From Acidobacteriota bacterium (GTDB lineage: Bacteria; Acidobacteriota; JAAYUB01), in the NCBI GenBank assembly GCA_012517875.1, contig JAAYUB010000026.1:1134-65133 (forward strand): DNA of 64,000 bases. The letters are read 5' to 3'. Numbering within the stretch: the stretch's first letter is position 1; the number at the start of each line of letters is the position of its first letter. The notes beneath the pieces are model-generated. The model ran no database searches. It was not told where the DNA came from and saw nothing but the letters and a program-made list of their open reading frames with translations. The translations under genes and the position numbers were made by a program. This document shows, in pieces, positions 8,319 through 18,527 of this stretch.

Positions 8319-10769
8319 ATGAGCACCGCCGCCGAACCGCCTCCGCCACCTCGCCCTCGACGGGCTGTACGGCGTCTGATCCGCCCCATCTTTCTTTGGA
8401 CCGCCTCTGCCAGCGTATTTGTCGTCGGCTCGTTTTTCGGCTGGGCTTGGTTTACCGTGCGCGGCAGTCGCCCCGTTCTGAACGGAACAATCGCCGTAGC
8501 TGGACTGAACCACCCGGTGACCGTGTCACGAGACGCCCGCGGGGTTCCATGGATACGCGGCGGCTCCCGGGTGGATGTCGCGCGCGCGTTGGGCTTCATT
8601 CACGCCCAGGAGCGCTTCTTCCAGATGGACCTGCTGCGGCGGCAGGCGGCCGGCGAACTCGCCGCCCTGCTGGGCGGCCAGGCGCTGGAATGGGATCGCC
8701 AGGCCCGCAGCCACCGGTTTCGGAGCCGGGCGAAAGCCTCGGTGGCCGCCGTGCCGCCCGTCGACCGCCGCCTCATCGACGCCTATACCGCCGGCGTCAA
8801 CGTCGGTTTGACCTCCCTGAGCGCCGCACCGTTCGAGTACCTGCTCCTGCGCGTCGAGCCCGAGCCGTGGCGGGCGGAAGACACAATGCTGGCGCTGGTG
8901 GCGATGTTCTTCGCTCTGCACGACACCAGCAACCGGATGGAGTCCGACCTTGCCGTCATGGCGGACAAAATTCCACCCGCACTGCTCCCTTTTCTGGCGC
9001 CACCGGGAACCACTTGGGACGCCCCGCTCCAGGGCGGCAGCATGCCCGTCCCCGATCTGCCTTCCGCCGACCTTCTCGATCTCCGCCGCCGGCCACCGGC
9101 TCCAGTGCAGGCGAATCGGTGGACTGCCCCGCTCGATCCCTGCTTCGGCAGCAACAACTGGGCGGTTGCGGGACAGAGGACGTCTCACGGTGGCGCCCTC
9201 CTGGCCAATGACATGCATTTGGGATTGCACCTCCCGAACACCTGGTATCAGGTCGCCATGGTCTGGCCGGCCAACGACGGCGAACGGCAGGTGGCTGGCG
9301 TCACCCTGCCCGGGACGCCCGCCTTGGTCGTCGGCACCAACCGCCGGGTCGCGTGGGGATTTACAAACAGCTACGGCGACTGGCTGGACTGGGTGATTGT
9401 GCATCCCGATTCCGGGGACCCCGGCCGCTACCTCACGCCGGCAGGTCCACGGAAGTATGAGAAAATCGTGGAGCGCATAGCCGTGCGGGGCGGTGCGCCG
9501 GTTGACCTGGAGGTCGTGAACACAATCTGGGGACCGGTAGTGGGCCGCGACCACCGCGGCCGGCCGCGCGCTCTCCGGTGGACCGCCCACGAGCCGGACG
9601 GAATCAACCTCCGACTCCTGGACCTCGAAAACGCACAGACTGTCGACCAAGCGATCGAGTGGGCCGCCCGCTGCGGCATCCCGCCTCAGAATTTTGTGTG
9701 TGTGGATGCTGCCGGGCGGATCGGCTGGACCATATGCGGCCGGATCCCTCGCCGCGTGGGCTTCGACGGGCGGCGGCCGGTTTCTTGGGCTGACGGCACC
9801 TGTCGGTGGGACGGGTGGCTGCCGGCAGCGGAATACCCGCGCCTGGTTGATCCGCCGTCCGGGATCATCTGGACCGCCAACAACCGTGTGACGGCGGGCG
9901 GCGATCTCCTTCGCATCGGCGATTCGGGATACGATCTCGGCGCCCGGGCCCGCCAGATCCGCGACGGCCTGGCCGCCATATCCGCGCCGGACGAGGGGGC
10001 CATGCTGCGCCTCCAGTTGGACGACCGGGCGGTGTTCCTGACCCGTTGGCGGGATCAGGTGCTGGCGCAGCTCACACCAGAGGCGGTAACCGGTCATCCG
10101 GGTCGCGCCGAGTTCCGGCGGCTGGTCCAGCACAACTGGAACGGACACGCCAGTACCGACTCCGCCGGATATCGCCTGGTGCGGGCTTATCGCCTGACGC
10201 TACTGGAGCAGGTGTACGGCTGGTTCATCGCCCCCTGCCGCGCCGCGGATCCGGATTTCGGCGAGTCGGGTCGCAGGCAGTGGGAAGATGTGCTGTGGCG
10301 CCTGGTGACGGAGCAGCCGCCTCACCTCCTCGACTCCCGGTACCGCGACTGGCCCGCGGTCTGCCTGGCCGCGGTGGACCGGGTGGTGGCCGAGCTGACA
10401 GCCGGCGACCGGTCGTTGGCGGCGTGCACGTGGGGTGACCGGAACAACGTGAAAGTCCGCCATCGCCTCAGCGGGGCGGTCCCGCTCCTGGCCGAGTGGG
10501 CAGACATGACCCCGCGCCCGCTGCCGGGTGACTCACACATGCCCCGGTTCCAGTCACCCGGCGCCGGCGCCTCCGAGCGGTTGGTGGTTTCCCCCGGCCG
10601 CGAAGAGAGGGCGATCTTCCACATGCCGGGCGGTCCCAGTGGCCACCCGCAATCCCCTTACTACGGCGCCGGCCATGCCGACTGGGAGGAAGGATGTCCT
10701 ACGGCCCTGCTGCCCGGACCGGCCCGTTGGATTCTGACTCTGACGCCTGCGGCGACACGGCCGGATTGA
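8319..10769 (+). CDS. Penicillin-acylase-family Ntn hydrolase (S45), AHL-acylase-like, N-terminally membrane-anchored
   Basis: 816 aa. Contains the autoprocessing and nucleophile motif CFGSNNWAVAG and the conserved NDMHLGL segment. N-terminal TM segment IFLWTASASVFVVGSFFGWAWF. Confidence 0.85.
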   Translation: MSTAAEPPPPPRPRRAVRRLIRPIFLWTASASVFVVGSFFGWAWFTVRGSRPVLNGTIAVAGLNHPVTVSRDARGVPWIRGGSRVDVARALGFIHAQERFFQMDLLRRQAAGELAALLGGQALEWDRQARSHRFRSRAKASVAAVPPVDRRLIDAYTAGVNVGLTSLSAAPFEYLLLRVEPEPWRAEDTMLALVAMFFALHDTSNRMESDLAVMADKIPPALLPFLAPPGTTWDAPLQGGSMPVPDLPSADLLDLRRRPPAPVQANRWTAPLDPCFGSNNWAVAGQRTSHGGALLANDMHLGLHLPNTWYQVAMVWPANDGERQVAGVTLPGTPALVVGTNRRVAWGFTNSYGDWLDWVIVHPDSGDPGRYLTPAGPRKYEKIVERIAVRGGAPVDLEVVNTIWGPVVGRDHRGRPRALRWTAHEPDGINLRLLDLENAQTVDQAIEWAARCGIPPQNFVCVDAAGRIGWTICGRIPRRVGFDGRRPVSWADGTCRWDGWLPAAEYPRLVDPPSGIIWTANNRVTAGGDLLRIGDSGYDLGARARQIRDGLAAISAPDEGAMLRLQLDDRAVFLTRWRDQVLAQLTPEAVTGHPGRAEFRRLVQHNWNGHASTDSAGYRLVRAYRLTLLEQVYGWFIAPCRAADPDFGESGRRQWEDVLWRLVTEQPPHLLDSRYRDWPAVCLAAVDRVVAELTAGDRSLAACTWGDRNNVKVRHRLSGAVPLLAEWADMTPRPLPGDSHMPRFQSPGAGASERLVVSPGREERAIFHMPGGPSGHPQSPYYGAGHADWEEGCPTALLPGPARWILTLTPAATRPD

Positions 10770-10828
10770 TTGTCCCCCTCGCCCCACCCGGCCTCGCCGC
10801 CGCACCGAGGAGCGAAATTTTGCGCCGG

Positions 10829-11710
10829 ATGTTCGGTAATCTGCTGTTTGTTCTGGTGCTGCCGGCGATGCCGATCCTCAGCGGCACACCGCCAGCCCCG
10901 GCGGCGCGCCCGTCGACCGGCGCCTTGCCCGCAGCAGCCCCTCCCGGAATCCGCTCGCCGGCGGCCATAGTCGCCGACTTGAACACGGGCCGGGTGCTCT
11001 ACTCCAAAGAGGCCGATCAGGCCCGGCCGGTGGCCTCGCTTACCAAGCTCATGGCCGCCCTCGTTCTCGTCGAGTCCGGATTGGATTTGAACACATCCCA
11101 GACCATCACCAAAACCGATCACCGCTTGGTGAAGCGGGGCGCCCCGTCGCGCCTGCGCTCCGGTTGCGCGTACACTCACCGCGACCTGCTGCACGCCGCC
11201 TTGATGGTATCCGATAACGTCGCCACAGTCGCACTGGGCCGTTCCATGGGTTGGACACCCGAGGCGTTCGCCCACCGGATGACGCTCCGGGCGGTGGAAA
11301 TGGGCCTGAGTCACACGCGATTCACGGATCCGACCGGTCTGGACGCGGGCGATGTGTCCACCGCGCGGGAGATGCTCGCCATCCTGCAGGCAGTGCTCAA
11401 TCAGCCGGTCCTTCAGTCAACCTGCCAGAAAGAGCTGTACGTCATTATCCCGGTCAGCGGCAAGGGTCACCCCATCCTGTACCGGCACACCGACGCCTAT
11501 ATCCGCCGCCACCCCTGGGACATCCTGGGTGCCAAGACGGGCTACACCCACCCGGCCCAGTACTGTCTGGCCATCGGCGCGGCGCTGGACGGACGCCCCA
11601 TCGGCATGGTCTTCCTGGGCGCCATCGGCGACCTGACCCGTTTCGGCGACTACTCGCGCGTCATGCGCTGGCTCACCAAGCAGTCCAGACCGCCAGCAGT
11701 CACCGGTTGA
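10829..11710 (+). CDS. D-alanyl-D-alanine carboxypeptidase (serine peptidase S11)
   Basis: Signal peptide MFGNLLFVLVLPAMP. SxxK motif ASLTKLM and SxN motif VSDN. Start placed after the acylase stop at 10769. Confidence 0.8.
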   Translation: MFGNLLFVLVLPAMPILSGTPPAPAARPSTGALPAAAPPGIRSPAAIVADLNTGRVLYSKEADQARPVASLTKLMAALVLVESGLDLNTSQTITKTDHRLVKRGAPSRLRSGCAYTHRDLLHAALMVSDNVATVALGRSMGWTPEAFAHRMTLRAVEMGLSHTRFTDPTGLDAGDVSTAREMLAILQAVLNQPVLQSTCQKELYVIIPVSGKGHPILYRHTDAYIRRHPWDILGAKTGYTHPAQYCLAIGAALDGRPIGMVFLGAIGDLTRFGDYSRVMRWLTKQSRPPAVTG

Positions 11711-11735
11711 CCCGAAAGGCTGTATCGGCTGGAGG

Positions 11736-13361
11736 TTGCATTTGGCATCGACATCCACAGGAGCGACCGCTCCGGAAAATAATGCGCTAGCTTCCGGTCG
11801 TCGCCACCCGGCTCGCACAGCGTTGGCCCTTCTGCTGCTGGCCGGCTCCGTGGTCGTCGTGTACATACAGGTCTGCAATCACAGCTTTATCAATTTTGAC
11901 GATCACGGATATATCACCGAAAACGAGATCGTGAAGGGCGGTCTTTCCTGGAATGGGCTGGTCGCCGCGCTCCGATCCTTCAAATGCTCAAACTGGCATC
12001 CGCTGACGTGGCTGGCTCACACGGCGGACTATGCGTTGTGGGGTGATTGGGCGGGCGGGCACATTCTTGGCAACATCTTTCTTCACCTTGTCACCACGTT
12101 GCTGGTGTTCGTATTTTTCAGACGACACAGCGGCAAGTTCTGGCCGTCATTCTGGGTAGCGTTGGTGTTCGGTGTTCATCCCGCGCATGTGGAATCCGTC
12201 GCCTGGGTTTCGGAGAAAAAGGACGTGTTATGCGCCCTGCTCGTTTTGGCAACGCTGCTGATTTACGGGGAGTATGCGCGCAAACGGAAACGACGGGCCT
12301 GGTGGGGCGCGCTGGGCGTGTTCGTTCTGGCTCTGATGGCCAAACCAATGGCGGTCACCGTGCCGTTCCTGTTGTTGTTGCTCGATTTCTGGCCGTTGCG
12401 GCGTGTCGGGCGGGCGGGTACTCCCGCTAAGGACGGGGTGGAAGGCATCGGCGGGATGAGCGGGGTGATCGGTTTGGATCCGCGGCTGTGGTCCCTGGTG
12501 GGGGAGAAGATTCCCTTCTTCATGCTCAGCGCCATCTCCGCTTTCCTGACGCTGATCGCCCAGGAAGGCGCATTACAACGCGGGTCGGATATCTTGCTGG
12601 CGGACCGGATCGCCAACGCCGGCCTGTCGATCTGGAAGTACATTTTCAAAATGGCGGCGCCTGTTGACCTGGCATTTTTTTACCCGTATCCAGACAGCCC
12701 CCCGCTGGCTCTGTCGTTGTCGGCGCTGGCTGGCTTGATTGCGGTGACGGTCCTCCTGTACCGCCTTCGGCAAGCTCAGCCGGCCTTGCTGGTGGGCTGG
12801 CTCTGGTTTGTCGGAATGCTGATCCCGGTGATCGGGTTGGTTCAGGTAGGTGTCCAGGCCATGGCCGACCGCTATACCTATCTGCCATCCATCGGATTGA
12901 ACGTAACCGTCGTCTGGGGGGTGGCGGCTCTGACGGCCCGCGGCCGGCGGGTGCTCGTCGTCGCGCTGGCCGGCGGGACTCTTTGCCTGGTGTACGCTGT
13001 GAGCGCCCACCGGCAGGTCGGCTACTGGAAAGACAGCGAAACGCTGTACCGGCGGGCGCTGTCCGTGAACGCCGCCAACAGCGAGGCATGGTTCAACCTG
13101 GCCGTGTATTATCATCAGAACAAGCGCCATGACGAAGCCGAATCTTGCTATCAGCGCGGCCTGCAAATCAATCCTGATGACGCCAACGGCAATTACAATT
13201 ACGGCGTGCTCCTGATCGAGACCGGCCGCCTGGACGAGAGTATCGCCTTTCTGGAAACGGCTTGCCGGCTCAACCCCCGATATGCCAAGGCGAACTTGCT
13301 GCTCCTGCTGGCGCGCACCGAGCAGGCCAAGCGCGGGTCAGACCTGCCGGCCCACCCGTGA
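11736..13361 (+). CDS. TMTC-like GT-C fold glycosyltransferase (DUF1736 region) with C-terminal TPR repeats
   Basis: Multi-TM N-terminal region with a WHPLTWLAHTADYALWG-type motif. C-terminal TPR-like repeats AWFNLAVYYHQNKRHDEAESCYQRGLQINPDDANGNYNYGVLL. Confidence 0.65.
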   Translation: MHLASTSTGATAPENNALASGRRHPARTALALLLLAGSVVVVYIQVCNHSFINFDDHGYITENEIVKGGLSWNGLVAALRSFKCSNWHPLTWLAHTADYALWGDWAGGHILGNIFLHLVTTLLVFVFFRRHSGKFWPSFWVALVFGVHPAHVESVAWVSEKKDVLCALLVLATLLIYGEYARKRKRRAWWGALGVFVLALMAKPMAVTVPFLLLLLDFWPLRRVGRAGTPAKDGVEGIGGMSGVIGLDPRLWSLVGEKIPFFMLSAISAFLTLIAQEGALQRGSDILLADRIANAGLSIWKYIFKMAAPVDLAFFYPYPDSPPLALSLSALAGLIAVTVLLYRLRQAQPALLVGWLWFVGMLIPVIGLVQVGVQAMADRYTYLPSIGLNVTVVWGVAALTARGRRVLVVALAGGTLCLVYAVSAHRQVGYWKDSETLYRRALSVNAANSEAWFNLAVYYHQNKRHDEAESCYQRGLQINPDDANGNYNYGVLLIETGRLDESIAFLETACRLNPRYAKANLLLLLARTEQAKRGSDLPAHP

Positions 13362-13618
13362 CGACATTCGCCCCAGCACCTCCCGCATCAATCCACACCA
13401 ATTAGTTAATGCGGACGGAGGCCGGCTCGGCTATACGAGAGGCGACTCGAGACACGGCATCGAATCCGCCCGCCGCATCAACATGTATCATCTTTTCAAC
13501 ACGCTCGACCATCCCGCAATCCCCAGAGGCGTTGTGCCCCCACGCATCGAATGCTCATGGGCCATTCAATGTCTCGCTTGCTACTCAGCCCAGACATCCA
13601 AATGATCGCCATAAACAA

Positions 13619-13729
13619 GAAATTGGTACCCTCAAACAGACCAATTGGATGGTACAGATCGTTCCGAATTGGCCCTTGTGCGCCCAAAAATGATTCCATA
13701 TAATCCAAATTGGACTGATCCAATTGGAT
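13619..13729. promoter_or_regulatory. Cluster of five AATTGG-core palindromic motifs upstream of the MocR gene; candidate MocR operator array
   Basis: aattggtacc at 13621, ccaattgg at 13641..13648, gaattgg at 13667, ccaaattgg at 13705, and the perfect 12-bp palindrome ATCCAATTGGAT at 13718..13729. All lie in a 380-bp lower-GC intergenic region. Confidence 0.4.
13676..13704 (+). promoter_or_regulatory. Sigma70-like promoter candidate (TTGTGC, 17-nt spacer, TATAAT) for the MocR operon
   Basis: Perfect -10 TATAAT at 13699..13704, 17 nt after TTGTGC. The 12-bp palindrome begins 14 nt downstream. Confidence 0.35.
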
Positions 13730-13758
13730 AAATACTTGGTTTTGCCGTGGAGCCGCCC

Positions 13759-15267
13759 ATGGAACTGACTATCGACCGAACCAGCGCCGTGCCCATTTAC
13801 CGACAGATCGTGCGGCAGGTGCGCGGCATGATTCTGGGGGGCACGCTGCCGGACGGTTTCCGCCTGCCTCCTGAGCGCCGGCTGGCCCAGGCCCTTGGCG
13901 TCAACCGCAGCACGGTGGTCACCGCCTACGACGAGTTGCGGGCCGACGGGCTTGTCGACGCCCACGTGGGCCGCGGTACCGTGGTGGTCCGCCATGCCCA
14001 GCCGGTTGCCGCGGCGCCCACCGGCGGTGAGCTGCCGTGGCCGCAGCTTTTTCGCGAAGAAACTTCGCGTGCCCAAGACCCGCTGGTGCGCGATCTGCTG
14101 GCCCTCACCGAGCGGGACGATGTGATCAGCCTTGCCATTGGGCTGCCGTCGCCCGAACTGCTCCCCCTGGACCATTTCATTTCGATCCTCGGCGAGCTGG
14201 CTGCCGAAACGGGACCGGCGCTTATGCTCCACTGCCCCACCGAGGGGCTCACGGCACTACGCGAAACGTTGGCCGGCTGGCTGGCGGCGCGCGGCATCCC
14301 GTGCAGCCCCACTGAAGTATTGATTCTGTCCGGCTCCCAACAGGGACTGGACCTGGCCGCCCGGGCGCTGGTGGAGCCCGGCGACACCGTGGTGGTGGAG
14401 GAACCGTCATACTTCGGGGCGCTGCAGGTCTTCCGGTCCGCCAGGACCCGACTGGTGGGCGTACCCGTCGACGCGGAGGGGCTGCGCACCGACATTCTGG
14501 CCCGGGTGCTGGAGCGCGTCCGCCCGAAGCTCATATATACTCTGCCCACATTTCAGAATCCATCGGGTGCGGTGATGAGCCTGCCCCGGCGACGCGAGCT
14601 GCTGGCGCTGGCGGCCCGCCACGGCGTGCCCATCCTCGAGGACGATCCGTACTCCGAACTCCGCTACGAGGGCACCATGGTGCCGTCGCTCAAGGCGCTC
14701 GACAGTGGCGGGCACGTTCTGCATCTAGGCACCTTTTCCAAGATCCTCTTTCCCGGCCTGCGCCTGGGGTGGATCGTGGCCCCGCGGCCGGTGGTCCGCC
14801 GTCTGACCCTCCTCAAACAGGCCATGGATCTGCACTCCAACACGCCGGGCCAGTACGTCCTGGAGCGCTTCATCCGCCGCAGTCTGATGAACGAGCACCT
14901 GCATCTGCTGCGGCGGGCCTACACGCAGCGCCGGAACGCGATGGAGGAGGCACTCCGCCGCCACGCCGACACCCGTCTCACCTGGCTGAAGCCGGCCGGC
15001 GGATTTTATTTTTGGTGCCGCCTGCCCGAAGGCGTGGAGCGCTCCCTGCTGCTGGCCGCGGCCACCGAGCGCGGTGTGGCCTTCCTGCCGGGGTGGGCCT
15101 GCTACGCCGAGGAACCGGGCGAGCCGTACCTGCGACTGAACTTTTCATACCCCCCGCCGCACCAGCTCGCGGAGGGGGTGGACCGATTGATGGCCGCCAT
15201 CCGGGCGGCTACTCTGCCGGCCGGCCGTCGTTCCGCCGCCACGGTGGGCACCCGGCCCATCGTCTGA
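13759..15267 (+). CDS. MocR/GntR-family transcriptional regulator with C-terminal PLP aminotransferase domain
   Basis: N-terminal GntR wHTH IYRQIVRQVRGMILGGTLPDGFRLPPERRLAQALGVNRSTVVTAYDEL. C-terminal fold-type-I aminotransferase domain with HLGTFSKILFPGLRLGW. ATG at 13759 has GGAG 7 nt upstream; the ORF track starts at GTG 13747. Confidence 0.85.
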   Translation: MELTIDRTSAVPIYRQIVRQVRGMILGGTLPDGFRLPPERRLAQALGVNRSTVVTAYDELRADGLVDAHVGRGTVVVRHAQPVAAAPTGGELPWPQLFREETSRAQDPLVRDLLALTERDDVISLAIGLPSPELLPLDHFISILGELAAETGPALMLHCPTEGLTALRETLAGWLAARGIPCSPTEVLILSGSQQGLDLAARALVEPGDTVVVEEPSYFGALQVFRSARTRLVGVPVDAEGLRTDILARVLERVRPKLIYTLPTFQNPSGAVMSLPRRRELLALAARHGVPILEDDPYSELRYEGTMVPSLKALDSGGHVLHLGTFSKILFPGLRLGWIVAPRPVVRRLTLLKQAMDLHSNTPGQYVLERFIRRSLMNEHLHLLRRAYTQRRNAMEEALRRHADTRLTWLKPAGGFYFWCRLPEGVERSLLLAAATERGVAFLPGWACYAEEPGEPYLRLNFSYPPPHQLAEGVDRLMAAIRAATLPAGRRSAATVGTRPIV

Positions 15268-15287
15268 TTCGACAGGAGGAAGACACC

Positions 15288-16517
15288 ATGTTGACACCAC
15301 TGGCCGAACGCATGAACGGCATCAGGGCTTCGGAGATCCGGGAGCTCCTGAAGTTCACCGCGCGACCCGAGGTCATCTCGTTCGCCGGCGGTCTGCCGGC
15401 GCCAGAGCTGTTCCCCGTCCGTGAAATCGAGGCGGCAGCGGTGTCCGTTCTGGAGCTCGAGGGGGGCCGGGTGCTCCAGTATTCCTCCACCGAAGGCGAT
15501 CCGCGTTTGCGCGAGATCATCGCCGCCCGGATGAACCGGGTGCAGGGAACCTGCCGCACCGCCGGCGAGGTGCTCGTTACCACCGGCTCCCAGCAAGGTC
15601 TCGACCTCACCGGCAAGATCTTCCTAGACGCCGGTGACGTGGTCTTGTGCGAGAGCCCCACCTACATCGGGGCCATCCAGGCGTTTTGCGTTTTCCAACC
15701 CCGCTTCGTCGAGGTGCCCACCGACGATGGCGGCATGATCATCGAGGAGCTGGAACGACGCCTCGCCGCTGAGCCGCGCGCCCGAGTGATCTATGTCGTC
15801 CCCGATTTCCAGAATCCCACCGGTCGCCGCTGGCCCACGGCGCGGCGGCGGGCGCTGCTCGAGGCGGCGGCCCGTCACCCGGTAGTCGTGATCGAAGACA
15901 GTCCGTACGCCGAGCTCACCTTTGACGGCTCGCCGCTGCCGGCGATACAGTCCATGGACGAGCGGGGGCAGGTGATCTATCTCGGCACGTTCTCGAAGAC
16001 CTTCTGTCCGGGCTTACGGCTGGGCTGGGTGGCCGGACCCAAGGAGTGGGTAGAGAAATACGTGCTGGTGAAGCAGGGCGCCGACCTGCACACCTCCACT
16101 TTGCCCCAGCGATTGTTGCAGCTCTACCTAGACCGATACGACTTCGACGCCCACATCCAGCAGATCCGCACCCTTTACCGCCGCCGCTGCGCCGTCATGT
16201 TGAAAGCGATGGACCGGGCTTTCCCGCCGGGCGTCCGCTACACCCGACCCCAGGGCGGCCTGTTCCTGTGGGTGGAGCTGCCGGAGCAACTCAACGCCCG
16301 CGATCTGTTGACGGCCAGCCTAGCCGAAAATGTGGCCTTTGTTCCGGGGGGGGCGTTCTTCCCCAACGGCGGCCACGAGCATACAATCCGACTCAACTTC
16401 TCCAACATGCCGGAGGAGCGGATCTGCGAAGGTATCCAGCGGCTGGCACGGGTGATCCGCGACTCCCTGGCCGCCGCACCCGTTGCAGAAACCGCTTCGG
16501 TCGACGCCCGGGCATGA
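15288..16517 (+). CDS. PLP-dependent aminotransferase, class I/II (2-aminoadipate/aromatic aminotransferase-like; paralogue of the MocR effector domain)
   Basis: AGGAGGA RBS then ATG 15288. YLGTFSKTFCPGLRLGW is the PLP-lysine region, and the protein is alignable to the MocR C-terminal domain. 409 aa. Confidence 0.85.
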   Translation: MLTPLAERMNGIRASEIRELLKFTARPEVISFAGGLPAPELFPVREIEAAAVSVLELEGGRVLQYSSTEGDPRLREIIAARMNRVQGTCRTAGEVLVTTGSQQGLDLTGKIFLDAGDVVLCESPTYIGAIQAFCVFQPRFVEVPTDDGGMIIEELERRLAAEPRARVIYVVPDFQNPTGRRWPTARRRALLEAAARHPVVVIEDSPYAELTFDGSPLPAIQSMDERGQVIYLGTFSKTFCPGLRLGWVAGPKEWVEKYVLVKQGADLHTSTLPQRLLQLYLDRYDFDAHIQQIRTLYRRRCAVMLKAMDRAFPPGVRYTRPQGGLFLWVELPEQLNARDLLTASLAENVAFVPGGAFFPNGGHEHTIRLNFSNMPEERICEGIQRLARVIRDSLAAAPVAETASVDARA

Positions 16518-16542
16518 GTGACTTTCTCACAAGGTAACAGAC

Positions 16543-17334
16543 ATGACCCAACCCATTTACCAGGCCGATGCGTTCACCGCCGAGCCCTTTGCCGGCAATC
16601 CGGCCGGTGTCTGTCCGCTGAAAACCGGCCGGCCCGACACATGGCTTCAAGCCGTGGCACAGGAGATGAACCTGTCCGAGACCGCCTTCCTGCTGCCTGC
16701 GACAGACGGCTTTCGCCTGCGCTGGTTCACACCCACGGTGGAGGTGAACCTGTGTGGACACGCCACCCTGGCCAGTGCGCACATCCTGTGGACGGAAGGG
16801 TACGCCGACCCGGCACGGGAGCTCCGCTTCCACACCCGGAGCGGACTCCTCACCGCCCGCTCCGACGGTGACTGGATCGAGCTGGACTTTCCCGCCCGCA
16901 CGGAGAATCCCGTGGAGCCGCCGGACGGCCTCGAGGAAGCGTTGGGCGTCCGAGTCGCCTATGCGGGGCGGAATGTGGACGATCTGGTGGTCCTCCTGGA
17001 GAATGAAGACGCTGTCTGGGCTGCCCAGCCCGACTTTGCCGCGCTGCGCCGGCTGCCCGTTCGAGGCGTGACCGTCACCGCGGCCGCCGATGACCCACGC
17101 TTCGACTTCGTGTCCCGGTTTTTCGCCCCGGCGGTGGGCGTGAACGAAGATCCGGTCACGGGCTCGGCCCATTGCTGTCTGGCGCCCTTCTGGCGGGCTC
17201 GCCTGGGCAAGGACGCCATGACCGGTTTTCAGGCCTCGACACGGGGCGGTGTGGTCCGGGTTCGGGTGGCCGGCGACCGCGTCAAGCTGAGCGGGCAGGC
17301 GGTCACGGTGATCCGCGGCACGCTGACAGACTAA
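16543..17334 (+). CDS. PhzF-family phenazine-biosynthesis-like isomerase
   Basis: FTAEPFAGNPAGV, NLSETAFL and CGHATLA are PhzF/DapF-fold hallmarks. 263 aa. Confidence 0.85.
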   Translation: MTQPIYQADAFTAEPFAGNPAGVCPLKTGRPDTWLQAVAQEMNLSETAFLLPATDGFRLRWFTPTVEVNLCGHATLASAHILWTEGYADPARELRFHTRSGLLTARSDGDWIELDFPARTENPVEPPDGLEEALGVRVAYAGRNVDDLVVLLENEDAVWAAQPDFAALRRLPVRGVTVTAAADDPRFDFVSRFFAPAVGVNEDPVTGSAHCCLAPFWRARLGKDAMTGFQASTRGGVVRVRVAGDRVKLSGQAVTVIRGTLTD

Positions 17335-17454
17335 TCCTCGGCACTTTCCGCCATCATCTTTGCCCATCAGCACGCCACATCGGTTGGGGGTGGCGATCCA
17401 TGCCCAACTGTGCTGAAATAGCCTGTTACGCAACCAGTTTTTCGAGGAGGCATC

Positions 17455-18516
17455 ATGACGGAGCGGTTCATCGACCTGCGGTCCGACACCGTGACCCGGC
17501 CGACGCCGGCCATGCGGCAGGCCATGTTTACGGCCGAAGTGGGCGACGATGTCATCGGCGAGGACCCCACCATCCACCGGCTGGAAGCGCTGGCCGCGGA
17601 AATGACGGGCCGGGAGGCGGCACTGTTTGTCCCCAGCGGCACTTTCGGCAACCAGGTGTGCATCATGACCCACTGCCGGCCCGGCCATGAGGTGATTGTG
17701 TCGGAGCTGGGACACATCGTCCAGCACGAGGTGGGCGGCGCCGCGGTGCTCTCCGCCGTGCAGCTGCGGACCATCTGGCCGCGGGGGAGCGCCATCACCT
17801 GGGCGGAGATCGAGCCGCGCATCCGGCGGGGCGACGACATCCACTTCCCGGACACCGGGCTCATCGCACTGGAAAACGCCGTCTGGGACGGCACCGTCCA
17901 GCCCCTCGAGGAAATGGCGGAGATCCACGAGAATGCCCGTCGCCTCGGCATCCCCGTGCACCTGGACGGAGCCCGGATCTTCAACGCCGCCGCCAGCCTT
18001 GGCGTGCCGGCTGCGGCGATCGCCCGCCTGGCCGACTCAGTCATGTTTTGCCTGTCCAAGGGGCTGGCCGCTCCGGTGGGTTCCATAGTGGCGGGCGACG
18101 CCGATTTCATCCACCGCGCCCGCAAGATGCGCAAGCTCATGGGTGGCGGCATGCGCCAAGCGGGGATCCTCGCCGCCGCCGGCATCGTGGCGCTGACGGA
18201 GATGGTACCGCGGCTGTCCGACGATCACCGCCAGGCGCAGCGGCTGGCGGCGGCCTTGGCCGCGCGGCCGGAGTTGGAGCTGGCTCCGGACCGGGTGGAC
18301 ATCAACATGGTGTTCGTCCGTTTCCGGACCGGTTGCGGCGCGGAGCCCGAAGCGCGATTCGTCGCGGCACTGCGCCGTCGCGGCATTCTGACCTACCCGC
18401 CGGAGGGCGGTCGGGTGCGTTTTGTCATTCACCACGACGTAACCGCCGCAGACATCGACTGCGTCATCACCAGCCTGGACCCGGCACTGGCCGAAGTGCG
18501 GGCCGGCCGCTGCTAG
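17455..18516 (+). CDS. ltaE: Low-specificity L-threonine aldolase
   Basis: IDLRSDTVTRPTPAMRQAM, GDDVIGEDPT and SGTFGNQV match threonine aldolase. RBS GAGGAGG upstream. Confidence 0.85.
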   Translation: MTERFIDLRSDTVTRPTPAMRQAMFTAEVGDDVIGEDPTIHRLEALAAEMTGREAALFVPSGTFGNQVCIMTHCRPGHEVIVSELGHIVQHEVGGAAVLSAVQLRTIWPRGSAITWAEIEPRIRRGDDIHFPDTGLIALENAVWDGTVQPLEEMAEIHENARRLGIPVHLDGARIFNAAASLGVPAAAIARLADSVMFCLSKGLAAPVGSIVAGDADFIHRARKMRKLMGGGMRQAGILAAAGIVALTEMVPRLSDDHRQAQRLAAALAARPELELAPDRVDINMVFVRFRTGCGAEPEARFVAALRRRGILTYPPEGGRVRFVIHHDVTAADIDCVITSLDPALAEVRAGRC

Positions 18517-18527
18517 GGGAGGGCGCC

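Noticed and set aside
8072-9211. 379-aa ORF overlapping the start of the acylase gene in another frame
   Set aside because: Arg/Pro-rich. The acylase frame carries the conserved motifs.
8526-10148. 540-aa ORF on the minus strand
   Set aside because: Lies antisense within the penicillin-acylase gene. Low-complexity Arg/Pro/Gly-rich translation with no motifs.
13440-13520. tRNA-like T-loop motif (tcgaatcc) in the intergenic region upstream of the MocR gene
   Set aside because: Could not fold a consistent acceptor stem and T-stem around it, and no D-arm or anticodon arm is evident. More likely part of the AT-rich regulatory region.
16393-17961. 522-aa ORF on the minus strand
   Set aside because: Antisense to the PhzF and ltaE genes, both of which have clear family motifs and RBSs.
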